A stretch of 64,000 nucleotides of DNA from Trichoplax adhaerens. Its lineage: Eukaryota; Animalia; Placozoa. Of the stretch, positions 1-14,102 are shown one piece after another (the stretch's first letter is position 1; every line of letters begins with the position of its first letter). The stretch spans positions 1,047,205-1,111,204 of the forward strand of contig NW_002060962.1 in assembly GCF_000150275.1 (NCBI RefSeq), read 5' to 3'. A model generated the notes under the pieces. The model made no database searches. It had not been told where the DNA came from and saw only the letters and a list, made by a program, of their open reading frames with translations. The position numbers and the translations under genes were made by a program.

Positions 1-735
1 TTTAGAATGCGAAAGCAATCTGAGCGATCTCAAAACGGCATTATTCAGTTATTAAAAACGTGAATAGACAGGAGAGGATAGGATACCGTTAATGTAACCA
101 TGTTTTGATTGGCCTATCCCCTGGTCGATGACTGATTAGTATATAATTGCCTTTATACCAACTTAAGTTACTGCTATGTTTTAGCTTTCAAAAATCGTCT
201 ACGCATATAGTATTATTTCAAGCAAATATAACCTGTAGATAAGCAATATAGATCTCAAAAAGGAACGAATCTTGATAAATATATGTTCATCTCTAATTTA
301 AATGTTTTATTTTATGACAGAGTTTCTATCGTATTAAAGTATGATTATTTAAGCCTTTATTGCTTAAAAATTCATACTATATACTCATTAAAAGTTACGA
401 AACTTGTAAATGTAGATATTGATACATCTTTGATTCATACCTTAACACTGAAAATTTCAAGCGTTCAAAAGTTATCCACTATATAATTCAATTATACGCT
501 ACTGTATACTTTCAGTTATTGATAGTAGAGGTTCATTAGAAATTGACGTAATCCTTCAAACCGATAATTCTGAATCTTTAGCGCTATTCCGATCTATAAA
601 TTTTTGAAATTTAGTCTATACAATTATTTTAAGCTATGTTTTTTCTGTGATCGGTTTATGAAACTGTAAGGAATGGATAAAAATGTTTTAAGTGGTCTTA
701 TATTAATATTATTTAATGGTTTAATTTATCTATAG

Positions 736-2266
736 ACTGTTTCGGCGGTCCACTATCAAGGCGCTAATCAAGTAGTAACCATTCAGCAATACCCAGCACA
801 ACATCCAGCTCCTTATGCAGTCCATTATTCTGCTCAACCTGGTGCGTATCTTTTGTATCATTACAAATACTTTGCTTCCAAAAAACAGATATTACCCATC
901 ACTTTCAGGAAATATTAAATTGCAAACTTTTCGAATTTAATAAGAGAAATAATTGCTGCAACTCTATCAAAATAAGTAGCTATAAGTATCATTCATATGA
1001 AATTCCAAAATACCAGTAGGTAATTGGTAGTGTAGACATCCAAAGTAAAGTCTATTGACATACTCGTACTATTTAATATCTGAAATTTTACGATAGATAT
1101 TCTTTATATAAAAAGATTCATTCTAACAATAGACATCAATTCCGATACCACAATCATAACATTAACTTCTATATTTAATTATAATACTATACAGTTCATT
1201 TAAATTTCATCAACTGTAGTCCAAGTTAATGCGGAGCTAGAATCTCGTGAAAAATATTATTAATCAAGTATATAAAATACATATAATGCTCATCGTGATA
1301 AGGAATACTATGATATAAAATATTGCTTTTTAGCTTACATACGAGTTGTGATATATACCAATCACGAAATTCCAAATTTTAGAAAAATAAGGGCTTTATT
1401 CAATCTTATACAAAGATTAACTACACAACTCTACTCTAGCCGAATGCTACTTGTAAAGACTTCTAGAACGAACTAACAGAATAATCTAAAGTTGCATGCT
1501 TTTATACTTTCCGTAGCATTCGCAGCTACAATCCGCATGGCAACCTTTTACCTTATTTTACACATAGTTAAATTATTCTTAGTAAGACTATTCTACTGCG
1601 GACCATCATTAATCCAATATGGATACGACTACAGTACTTACGTAGACATTATTCACACCAGCCAAAGTACAATGAATTAACCATATCCTAATATATGATT
1701 TACTGTTCTATTTTTACCTATAGCCATATTAGTAACTCAACACCTTACTGTATATAGTCATCTGTACTCCAGCATAGAGTCTCTACCACTACAGTCTATA
1801 GTTACAGCTACCAAATATCTCTTAGGATAAATATCTACCGTACATTATACTAAGCATGGCTAACATTCTACAATCACAATACTAAGTTACATTACACGAG
1901 TATACTCGAACTAGATCCGTAATAGAATATCTTATCTGTATGCAGTCGAATTGTAAATACGTGGAATAAAGCACATTTAGCATAAAAGAATTTTATTTAC
2001 AATTTCAGGAAATTTGTTTAATAGCCTATTTGAAATCACTATGATCTCGGATGCTTTACTAATGTACTATGGAAAATAATTTTAAATTTACACTTTTATT
2101 ATTAGTTATGACTTTCCAACCAACTGTTCCGGTATATGTTCCCAATTCAACAACTGGGCAATATGCAGCCGCTGCTAATCGAACCGCTATTAACAATCCA
2201 GAGAAATCTCAATTGCCGTCTTATAGCAATTTACCAGATTTACAAAGTTCAGCTAACCAGCCTTAA
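736..2266 (+). CDS. Array gene 0 (partial): last two coding exons of an MS4A/CD20-like tetraspan paralog; exons 736-841, 2106-2266
   Basis: AG/GT-bounded exon TVSAVHYQGANQVVTIQQYP... matches exon 4 of the paralogs. Phase-1 splice to VMTFQP...QLPSYSNLP...*. Upstream exons lie before the window. Confidence 0.8.
1347..1896 (-). mobile_element. Solo LTR, family C (550 bp), antisense in the last intron of gene 0
   Basis: TG...CA ends and exact 5-bp TSD CGAGT (1342-1346, 1897-1901). Close copies at 33943-34504 and 51406-51958. TATA and AATAAA read on the minus strand. Confidence 0.9.
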
Positions 2267-3942
2267 ACGATAAATACACGGTGTAATTCAGAATATCCTG
2301 TCTATATACAATGGAAGTTATTCTATGCAACGATAATTACTATATAACATATATATTATCGTGTTTTTATCGCCTATGCAAATAATTATGACATATGACT
2401 TCATATATAAATAATGCTAGGTTATAAGTCTTGCTTTGCATACCAGTAATGTACCGTAACATATAAATTCCCATACTTACAAAATTGATGGCTTATACTA
2501 AAACATGGTTAGATATCATTTATTCGAAACCCTGTAAGAACTAAGCATAAGCAGCTATGCTATAAGTGATGGCATCAAAGTTGACCACATACTCTTTATC
2601 CTTAATTTCCATTGATTTGCCAAGCTGAAATGCTTAAGAAGACATTAGCATCAGAAAAATTAATTAAATTTCTTTAGAATCAAATCTAAAAGTGCAAGTA
2701 ATTCCTGGTAAGGCTAGCCAGTTTGCAATACCTGATGGCCTCTACTATCGAGATAATGAATTTTTACAAGCTCGCTAGTATTTATAGTAGCCTTTTACTT
2801 GCTTACTCAATAGCTTTCTAAAACAAAAATATTGCAAAATGTACAGCAGAATAAGCCGACGTAGAATCTTATTTAAATACTAATATTGTATTAATTAATT
2901 ACTCATAAAGCAAAACAAACCGCAAGTATGTTAAATGAGCACATTATCGTAAACCGTCAGTAAAACGACGGGAGTTTGCACTAGTATCTCCTAATACTTA
3001 TGAAGATAATGATGAAAAAGTTAACTAATATGGCTTTAGTTTGTTAACATCAATTAGTTTAGTACTTTATTTCGTCTTCGGCCTATTTAATAAACTTGTG
3101 TAGGCAGATATTGTCTCTGATAATTGAAATGTCCTTACCGTAAGAAGTGTAGTTGTAAAATATATCAGACTTTGCTCTGTCCTACTTTAATATATATATG
3201 TATGCATTAATTTATCAGTGTACTTTGCACCCGTAGAAATTTGTATTGCTTCGATGATTGGATCTTGCCTTGTTATTTTTGATCACACCATCCTTCAATG
3301 TACAGTATATACAGATTTTAGCATGTTGAAATTAATTGACTAGACTGTCGATTTGCAATGCTCGTATTTGACTTAATTTTTGATATGTGTATATAGTATT
3401 GATTGAAAGAAGTCATTAAACTCAATAAGTAAATTAATAATCCAACCTAAATCAGTTATAGCATTTAGTTAATTATTGAAAATTTGAAAAGGTAAGGTAT
3501 CTCATACATCTCTTGCTTATTCCTTATCGTATGACTGTTTTATGATGATCCACTTTCTAGTCAGTGTTCAAATAGACGATAAATCAAGCTTGTTTTAGGA
3601 ACTCAGTTTGTATACCGTATCTATTTTGTTATTTATGAACTGGAGAATTGAATACTAATTGTTTAAAAGAATATCATACTATCAATTTCTCATGATTAAT
3701 GCATTTGGTCGTACTACATAAAGCATAAATTTCTACTTGCATAATAAATATTTTCCAAATCTACAGTATTACGGAATAAATTCAAAAGCTAAAATTTATT
3801 AAATTATAATTTAACAGTTTTACGTTTTTACCCTTCGATAAAACGAATGAGCTTCTACTTGATATTTTTAGGAAACGTATTTGACAATTTGTAGAGTCTA
3901 AACAGATATTGCAAGTTTTAAAATACTATATCTGCCGCAATA

Positions 3943-6578
3943 ATGGTGCAAAACATGCCGCAAACCCAAATTATGGAGCAACCGCCAGAGCCTCATCAGC
4001 AATCGCAAATGCTTGCAAGTCCTTACATTATTAATCAGGGCTATGGCGGATCTGTATCCAGAGTCCTACCGCAAAGCATTCAAATCCGTATCCGCACCGT
4101 AGGCTTATTTATGTTGATTTTGGGTCTACTTTCATTAATTCTAGGTGTTATTGGGTTTTTTCTTGATGGATATACTATCTATGACGATACCCCCTCATTT
4201 TCTATTATTTGTAATGTACGAGCTTACGTGTACCTTGGAACCAACATATGGTGTGGATTTATTGTGAGTATACTGTTGTGTAAAGATCCTGTAAGCCTTA
4301 GCTTAATAATATAGTACGATAATCCTTGGTAGTTCTCTATGATTGAACGAGAATAGATTATTAATTCCTCATACGAATCGATTAATTCGTCTTTTGTGAT
4401 ATTGAGGCAAAAATTTCTTCTCATTGTTCATTCTGACTTGTTAAGATTTGCTAGTATCATCTAAGAATATCGGTATTAGCAATATTCATCTTCATCGTAC
4501 AGATTGATTAGGATTTCCTAAGATATTTTATACGATGGCTAATAATTTATTATCGTTAATAATACTTTCATTTGATTGCAGTATGCTCTCAGTGGAGTAT
4601 TTTCTCTCCTATCCAATCAATTCAGGGATAATGCTCATCTGGTATAGACTACGCTGATGTTATAATAGCTTAAACAGTTTATAACTGAAGAATTTTGCTA
4701 ATTTATTTCGGAAGCTTTCGATCTGATATGGCTTCTAAATGATTACTTTCTATTTGCAGATGAATACTTTTTATGCTTTCAGTATTATCAGTTTTATTAT
4801 GTCTTTGGCTCATTTTGGCTTAAGCTTCGGGCTAATGTTTCATGATGGACAGCATTGTATCTTATGGTATAATGCTGTTTCTATGCTGATATCTATTGGT
4901 AGTTTTGCTCTCTCTCTCGTTGTCATGATTGTACTTGGCCATCAAATATATTGCAGATCTAATCTTCGGGTAAGTTAAACTACTACTTCTGGCTGCTGCA
5001 TGCCATTGCATAGTTCACTCAGGTAAACGATTAGTATTAAGCTTAGCATATAAAACAACTACAATCGCATTCATATTTATGTTTCTGAGAAGTACTGCAT
5101 AGTATCATGTATAATTATGAATGTCTACTTTTTGCTTTGCTCTTTTTCAAGAATAAAGCATGTTGTTAATTGCTAAATCTGGCTAATAGCAAATTAAAAT
5201 CGTTTAATTTTAAACTGCTTTTATATAAATTGGTCTTTAATTACAGAATGCGATTTCAGTTCATTATATGACTGGCCATCAACTTGTTGCTTTCGGCCAA
5301 CCAGGTATTTTGTTAATTCTTTAATGATTACTCTTAATTGGGATATACTGTAATAAGCACTAAAATAGAACTACTTTAATCGTAGTTAGCCTAATTTCGT
5401 TCCAATTCATTTGAGAAATATTCTAACCTATATATTAATTGCCTCAATTATTTACGCTTTTAAATAAATCGGAAGTTTAACTTAACTACGAGCACTTAGC
5501 TTAACTATTATTCTTATTAGCCAGTAAGTTTACCTCAAAATTATTATGCATAAAATTAATATACCGAGATTATTATGTACAGTTACAAGGCAATTGCTAT
5601 TATAATTTAGTCCAAGATGTCAGTATATCTAAGGTAGCCATAATTTACGAAATCAGGCACTTTGCAAAGTTGAGTAACTTAATATTATTACACTACTAAA
5701 TTATTACATCGGTGCACACCGGTATACAGAATAGGAAAATTTGAGCAATTTACAGATTTCAATTCAATTCAAGGATGATTGTTAATATTTTATCATTAAT
5801 ATCATTAAAATTTTCAAATTATTATGGCATAATTATTATGTAAGAAAGAATCACGCAAAATTTATTAATTTAATTAAGATCATTCAGCGATAATAATTTC
5901 TTCTATACAGCGCATTATTATACTACTAGCAGAAAAGAGAGTAAATATAGAACTCTGACTTTTTATGATTGTAGCTACCCTTTAATTCTGTTCTTGAAGA
6001 AATCCAGGAACAAAAATAATTCTCTTCTCGATCGTAATTTAAGATCGATAGACATATTCTTTTTACTTTCTTTACAAACACTATAATAAGTTGTTTAAAA
6101 TTTCACATTAATCAATTTATAGAATACATTTAATTGAGTAATTACCATACTGCATACCAGTTTCTAATCGAGGAATAGTAGTTGCGAATCGCTACAATGA
6201 AATAATGTTTAGTATCAAGAACTAAACTCTTAGCGATTTTAATATTTTCTAGCAGCGATTATACTTAATAAGGCTACTCATATGATTCTCTAAAAGTGCG
6301 CTTAATTAAGATGCTTTAGCCATTACTACATTGCCTTGTAGCATAATTAAATGCCGGTATCATCTTAATTTGCTATGAATGCATTCTTAGTACCAATGGG
6401 AGTCGCTTATTCCGCTGGGCAACCTGTTTATGTCCAAACAACACCTAATCTACAGTATACAACTGAGATGAACCGGGCTGCAATCTTTCCACCACAGCAA
6501 CCGCCACCTCAATATGATCAATTGGTAGCAATAAATCGAAACGATAATTCGAAGGAAACAGAGAATATCATCGGCTAA
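3943..6578 (+). CDS. Array gene 1: MS4A/CD20-like four-TM protein, ~278 aa; exons 3943-4263, 4582-4641, 4760-4969, 5247-5304, 6391-6578
   Basis: Canonical splice sites and an open frame (837 nt). Four hydrophobic segments, IWCGFI|YALSG motif in TM2, PPPQY in the tail. Confidence 0.88.
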
Positions 6579-9500
6579 TTGTCTTGCACTTTGATTGCTA
6601 ATTTTTACTAACTTGATCTAAAAGCTTATGCAATGGATGATAAACAACTCATTAATTTAACCCTGTACATATAGTTTAAGTTAATGTTATAACTAACAGA
6701 CAAATGGATATATACTGAACTTACTCAAACTCACGAAGTACGCCGATTATATTTATTGGACAGTATTCTTCATTTAGTTCTATAATATTAAATTGCCTTT
6801 CTCTCAATGTAAAATCCGTGATATTTTCAACTTAAATTTATTTCTTAGTATGGTTCTTCAATAATGACAGATGATGTTAATCATGTACTTCAAATCGTTA
6901 TGAGACTAAAAATTTTGTTAACACAACTACTCATATTTAGATTTAGACGATCAGTAAGGATGCTAGTGGTAAAATTTTGATAATCTCTAAGGCAGCGTTA
7001 CAGACACAAATACGTGCAATATTATTATTTTTTACTAAGATACGATCACAGTCATTATTGGATTCTAATTACTACTATTTCTCAGTGACTTATGAGATAG
7101 CGTGCACTTTACAAAGTAGTACTCAATAATCTTAAATACGGTAGAGCTTATCATTATTAATACAAATATATCCATGTATCCATAGCGAGATTAACTAACT
7201 TAAATAACTATAATAGTACTGTTGACTAAAAGTTTATGAACAATGTAATCAGTTGTTATCTTTACCACATTTGGAAAGATAGATAAAAATATACGTTGCG
7301 ATGGTGCTAGTAAAAGCCTTTACTATATTAATTATTAGTTAACGTTGGACTGCAAATAAATTTTTACTGAAAGCTATTACTATCCGTTGACGTTCTTAGG
7401 TTTGAATTTTATTACAGCTTTATATTAAATTTTATTAAAAGGTGATATTTAATTCTAGATATATTATAATTTCGAATATCATTACCACAGTTTTTAATCT
7501 GTAACAAGTTGATTAAGGATCAGCGTTACAATTCCGGGGACATTGTTACGATTTGAGGTGGAATCCTCCCGACTTCGCCTCAGATCTACCTTAACCTCTA
7601 ACTATGAGGGTTAATCCAGAAGTACTCACTACCACTTCCTTACTTATATTTAATATTTAATCTCTATTCGCCTTCGTTTACAATTGCAACTACACTTCTT
7701 GCAACTCCGCTGTTGCGTTACATCTGCTATCAACTAAAACTAGACTGAACTAAAACCTGCATATTTGTGTAGTGATAATTCTTTTTAAAGGTATCGATAT
7801 TACTATGTAAGTATGTAGTGTATTTGGATTGTACTGTAACTGTAATCTACTCTTAAATATAGATATTTTATATTGCTATTAAATACAGACACATTTACAG
7901 TCTGTTCGCTCTACATTCAAATATGGCTTACTACATTTAGTTATTACAGTCCTCGCTATTTTCTACTATCATCTGCTATTCTATAACCTGTTTTGGTATA
8001 TGTTGTATCTAATCCTACAATCATGTTCTCTGCATGTGTTCTAACGCCATAGCTATAAATACCACCGTTTTCTACCTTAGATTTCTTAAGTTGCATTATT
8101 AGTCACAGTTAGAATTCACACTTTACTCACGGCAGCTACCACGCTGATCTACCGTAATTATCACATTGTACCTAACTACTATCTACAATATAGTATCCTC
8201 TTTTCTTAAGCTCCTTGTGCAATTCTCTGCATGGCAACTAAAACCACATTATCTTACTCTTCGAACCCTCCATAACAAAGTACAATACTTATAGTAGATT
8301 ATTGCACCTGTACCCTTAAAACGATGACCGAAAGTATTACTTAACATAGATATAAAAAGCAATTGACAACAGTCTTCATTAATCTAACAGGCATCTCAAA
8401 AGTAACCAACGAGGAATAACGACACTGTTAGAAAATTACAGAGATGCGTGACTCGATTCCTATCATAATTTACTGTAGATTGAATGATTGCCTGTTGATA
8501 AATTGAAAGCAACTCCATTTTACTACCTATATTTCAGCAAGTAGAAAAAATATCTTGATGAATAGACATTAGATTAGAACTAGTTACAAGTCTATTTTTT
8601 ATTCTTCTACTCTTAAATTTACTGGAATCATTTTTGAGAAATTTGAAAGAATTTTTTTTCGTTCGGTATCTATAGAGATTTAATTAGACTAAATTCTACT
8701 GAAGTTTATTTGGCGGTTGCATACTAATGTGATCTAATTGCCTATATGCATATGTGATATTATCAAGTCGAATCAATAGTATACAAGTATTATATCGAAA
8801 GGATCAATCCCTATTGGTGGTCTGAATAACTTTTTAAATTGATTAGATAGGCTCCTTTTGAACCAAGAACCAATCATATGATCATCAATTGTATCAATAT
8901 TAATATTTTACTACGCTCAGTTTTAGCTTGATTGGTTCCGCTATAACCCATTGTAGATTTAGCTACATACTAACAAATAAAAGTTAAATTTTAAAGCTTA
9001 CAATTTATCATATCTTTAGTAATGAACTAATACGCTAACAGCTGCGTTACTGTATGTCGTATAGCATCTCAATAGTGTTGACATTAGATGACGCATTTTA
9101 TGTAGATAGAAGTTATACTAGGGTAGCTTGTATTCCCAATTTTGTTAGTGTCGTGCTAATTCATTGTTTCAAGTTTTAATACTTGAAGCCTTATTAGTAT
9201 CGATAATCAACTAATAACATTACATTAATCCTAATCTGTGATATTTTAGATCATTACCGTAACAGTTTTCGGTCAGATCGGAAAAGAAGAAAAATCAATT
9301 TTCAAGGTAGTAGTCAAAAAAACTTGCTTATATTTATTTTATTTTACTAGTGCCTTTATTCCCGTATTTCGAAAATAGGAGAGAATAACAATTTTGTTAT
9401 TCTAATAAAATAGCACTCTTTGATTAATTAAGCATGAACAGAAAATTGTTAAATTTTTCTATAATGTATATGTACTGTATGAAATTTTACATTCTTAATT

Positions 9501-11230
9501 GCTTAATACTATAAATTAACGTTGATCAAAAAACAAATTGCTAAGTAGATCTTTATTAGAAAATTAATGCTCGTGCTTGCATTGATACTTTTGCTTCTAA
9601 AAAGTCATAATTTATATTGCTTATTGGTTCTTGACTACGAATACATCTTTACAAACGGCAATTATATTATAATTATTCTTCCATCGGCCTGCTATAATTA
9701 TGAATGTGCAAATAAAAATGAAAATTTTTCTTTATTTATATGGTGTCTCACAAATCACAAATTTGAAGAAAATTGAGTCGCCTATCGTTCCTAGTTGATT
9801 TAATTTTATTCGGTTGATTTTCGTAACATACTACTTGATGAAATATTTCATGAAGACATATTTAAGGGTAAAGTATGATTAGTATGCTTCCGTTGCTGCT
9901 TATAGCTACGATTTATTACTCGCATTTAACTAAAATGGACATAAAATCTTACTACAGAGCAATGAAATATGCCGTAGTATTCCATTTATATTTGAAAATT
10001 AATTCGCTCGTTTTTGTAAGCCGTTATCATTTGTTTCATGATTCATTCTTTAAACAAAATAATCAAGTAAACTGTGCAAGTTAATGTTTTAAATTAAATC
10101 TTTTCTTCTCGACTAGTATCTGCCAAAGCTAACTCAAAGTTCAATTTGCATAGGAAAAACTAATTAACTCATTTTATACGTATTATATCAATCTCCTGTG
10201 AACAAAGTCATCATTTTGGGTGGTTATAGTATTCTTGCAACTACCTTAATGCTAAAATATTGCCATATGGAAGTATATGTAAATTAAACTTTTCTTCTTC
10301 ATTATTACCATCTTATGAGCTTATAGTTCAGAGTAACTCGAAAAATTAGCGTCCTTTTCAACCATTTTCCATTTGTTATACCAATTTTTCAGTGAAACTA
10401 TATCAATATATTGTGTATGGTACTCTTATGTTGAATCTTAAGCTGCTATTTGCATACAAGAATTATAGCTATTTCCTTCTTATGTATGCACAATGTAATA
10501 GTAATAGCACTATTCTGCAAGTTTTAATGTATGCTACTCTGTGGTTCTACCTGAAAGTATACTTTTTCTTCGTGACTTATATCTATCCTAACACGTCCAG
10601 TTCAATTTACGATAAAAAATTTATCGTAACGACGTTTCCTGAATTGCGAAAACTGCTTCAATTTATTCTATGTGTCTGTTATGGAATCCGATTACTTTAT
10701 AACGTGAAATTAGCAAAAATGCAACATACTATACCTACAGTACTTTAATTAAACGTTTACGAAATAGGGATTTTTCTTAATGTTGCTGATCAGTGTGCTT
10801 GTAATTCACTTTACTTCAGATTACTTGCTAACTTTCTTCCAAAAAATTTTTTTGCCCAAGAGTATCGCTTTTTAATGTATGCCTCGTATTCTTACAAGGA
10901 ATCGTAAGACATTTTAGCAGACGATAAAGTAGAAAAATTTTCCCACAAATTCTTACTTTCTCAAATTCTTACTGCCAGACTATCTTCCTGAAAATTCTTA
11001 CATTTTTTTCAAGACTATAGCCTTTAATGCGCGCTTTGTATTCTCACAAGCAATTTTAAGTCATTTAAGTGACTAATAAATTTGTTATTGGAAACAAATT
11101 TTGTTGAAGGTATACTTGGTAATTTGTTCATGCACTATTTGAAACCATTTTTGTACATTTCAGCAGTCATTTTAGATAAATCATCTGGTTAGAGGTCGAA
11201 CTTGACGTGCAGCCAAAGCCTTTCTTCATC

Positions 11231-14102
11231 ATGACTACCGTAATTAATACGCCAAATTTGCAGACTATTCCAGCTCAGCAACCTCAAATATTGCAGCACC
11301 CACAGGTAATGCAACCGCCACAAATAATCCAACAACAACCACAAGTTATTCATACTCCAATTCAGCAAGGCTGCTGTGGTCCAATGCCAAAAATTATACC
11401 AGATAACTTGCGACCTGCAGTATTTCGAGTGGGCATTTGTGCGTTAGTGAATGGTCTTATATCCACCATTTTTGGTATAGTGGGCTTTTTTACCACCAGT
11501 GTTCGAATTCAAGGCCACCATTATACTTATTATTATTCCAACGTTCTGGCTTATATTGCTCCTGATATTTGGTGCGGAATATTTGTAAGTTGCTATAAAT
11601 TGTTGATGTGATCATTAATTGATAAGGTATTGAATCCAATTAATGACTGCATGACTAAATAATAGTGATTGAAATTACTACTAATCCTATTAATAATTCG
11701 GATCTGCAATTTTCTATACTTGCGCTGTCTAAATTAAGATGCTTGCGACAATCTTATAGTATGCTTTGAATGGACTATTTGCCATATTATCGGATCGTAA
11801 CAGAAGGAATGATCATCTAGTAAGAATTATAACCCATTTTGAACAGATAGTTTAAGATTTAATTTTACTTAGTCACTTCAATCTGAGCTCAATTAAGTAA
11901 AATTACGCAATAATGAAGTTGTATATAGTGAATTCTATACTATATTTGACGGACAATATTAACTTTATAGATAAACAGCTGCTATTCCTTCTCTATTATG
12001 AGCTTCATTTTGTCGCTCTTCCATATTGGTCTCAGCTTTGGCTTTATTTTTCATTACCCATCTCATTTCACAGTTTGGTTCAATATTGTGTCGCTGATAT
12101 TAGCGTTGTGTGGATCGGCTTTCTCCTTAACCCACCTTATAATCCTTAGCCGCAATTTATATTGCAGATCGAATGATTCGGTAAGTGTGAAGGTTGTTAA
12201 TGGTCGTTACTTCTGAGTTAAAATATCGAGAAATAAAATTGTCTAGGTCCGATTAAATTAGCATGCAATTACGCTAAAATATAGCAAATACAAATCTATT
12301 ATTTATAATCCTTGCTTAATCTTGAAGCTAGACCAATCGATAAATATAATTGTGAACTAAGGTTTCGGAAATGTGAAATATGCTGCTAGACAGCTTATTC
12401 GCATTCATCGATGTATAGAATTCCTTTAATTAGTACGGTAAATATCATGCCAAAACATGAACAGTATCTATCTAAAAGGTATAATTTCTTCAGACAGCTT
12501 ATTTGCATTCATCAATGGTCTATATTACTGTAATTAGTACAATATCATATAAAAACATGAACAGCATGCACCTGATTATGGATAATGCCAATAAACTACT
12601 AATAATCCATTCTTAGTCTTGATGCCAGACTGATCGATAAGTGTTTTTGTGAAGTAAGATTTCAGAAATGTACGGTCTCCTACTAGATAGCTTATTAGCA
12701 TTTATTGATGACCTGCAGTATTCCTCTAATTAGTGCAATGTAATGTCAAATATGAACAGCACGCATCTAAAAGATAAGATTTCTTAAGATAGATTATTTA
12801 TATTCATCGATGTGCAATACTCCTCTAATTAGTGCCATAAGTGTCAATGTGAACTAAAATTTTCAGAAATGTACGATAGACCGCTACAGTTTATTCGTTT
12901 TCATCGATGTGCAGCAGTACTCTAGTCGGTATAATATTATATCAAAACATGAACTGCCTGCATCTAAATAGTGTAATTTCTGTTGAGAATACCTATAATA
13001 TTATTCCAACTTCTCCATTCTAAGCTATTTAATTCGATAAATTATAAGTTGTTTTTTATGCAAGATACATCATTATTCAATGTCTATTTTTACTCATTAC
13101 AGAAAATGGTTGCTGTTCAGTATAACGGAAGCAATCAAGTTGTCACTTTTGGACAACAAGGTATTTCCAGCACATTTAATAGCACTTTTAATACAGCCAC
13201 CGGTAATTTATAGCGTAGACTTTCATTTATGATTTAAAGATAGTATACTGATGCAGTCTTGCCTAACAAATTTCCTCGTATAAAAATTATGATAACTTAG
13301 ATTACAGTTATTCAAATTACGATTAAATGATCACTTATAGAGGGTTTAACAGAACTCCACCAGGAAGTTGTTTGATTTTATTCTACTTAAAAGTATTAGC
13401 AGTCGGTCGATATAGAGAGTTTAGAGGAAACAGATTCATATGCAACCATGACTGTTAATGCATTAGATTATTTAAGAAGATAGCCATGATGGAATGGTAT
13501 AATTTGGGTGAACTTTATTAACTACATAATAGTAGATTTAGTTTAGATACCATATACCGTTGTTTTGCAATAATCTCATCAGATCGACAATTGGAGAATG
13601 TTTACTTTATGAATCAAGGTAGTATATATTCAAAGTATTAAACTTACTGAAAAGTTTTCATGCCTTTTATTGATGCACTTTTAATCAAACAATTGCAATA
13701 TCATACCATAAGTCACTACAGTAATCTTATTAATGCCCTTAAATAGAGGAAGCACTTGCTTCATAAACGTAGTTGATACACTGTACTTTAGTTGGGTACT
13801 TTAACTGAAGCATCATGTGCCGGCGAATTTAATCTCTATAATTGCTCTATATACAATACATTCTGTTGCAATTTAATCGTGATTAATATTCTATCACGAA
13901 AGATGGTATACCGCTTCTAATTCAGGATTTAATTTTTGTATTAGCTATCGTCTATCCAACGTCTCAGCCAGTATATTTACAGGCTGCACCCGGGGGACAC
14001 TATACTACAGCTATGAATCCTAATTCAGTAGCACCTACATCAATTCAGCAAGTAGCACCTCCACAATATGGAAATTTACCTCAAACCAAAATATCAAATT
14101 AA
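11231..14102 (+). CDS. Array gene 2: MS4A/CD20-like four-TM protein, ~279 aa; exons 11231-11584, 11760-11819, 11971-12180, 13103-13160, 13945-14102
   Basis: Same exon sizes and phases as gene 1, open frame (840 nt). Q/P-rich N-terminus, GCC, DIWCGIF|YALNG, APPQY. Confidence 0.88.
12345..12980. repeat. Degenerate ~100-bp tandem repeat in intron 3 of gene 2
   Basis: Core like GACAGCTTATTCGCATTCATCGATG recurs near 12389, 12494, 12686, 12788 and 12886, with recurring AAACATGAACAG. Confidence 0.7.

Noticed and set aside
1492-1680. Similar 62-aa ORFs at 1492-1680 and 34090-34278
   Set aside because: Both lie inside family-C LTR copies and start at TTG; the similarity is repeat homology.
9567-10748. 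Short hydrophobic ORFs between genes 1 and 2
   Set aside because: AT-rich chance ORFs with no family motifs or splice pattern.
12345-12980. CRISPR-like array
   Set aside because: Eukaryotic intron, degenerate repeats, spacers related to each other, no cas genes.
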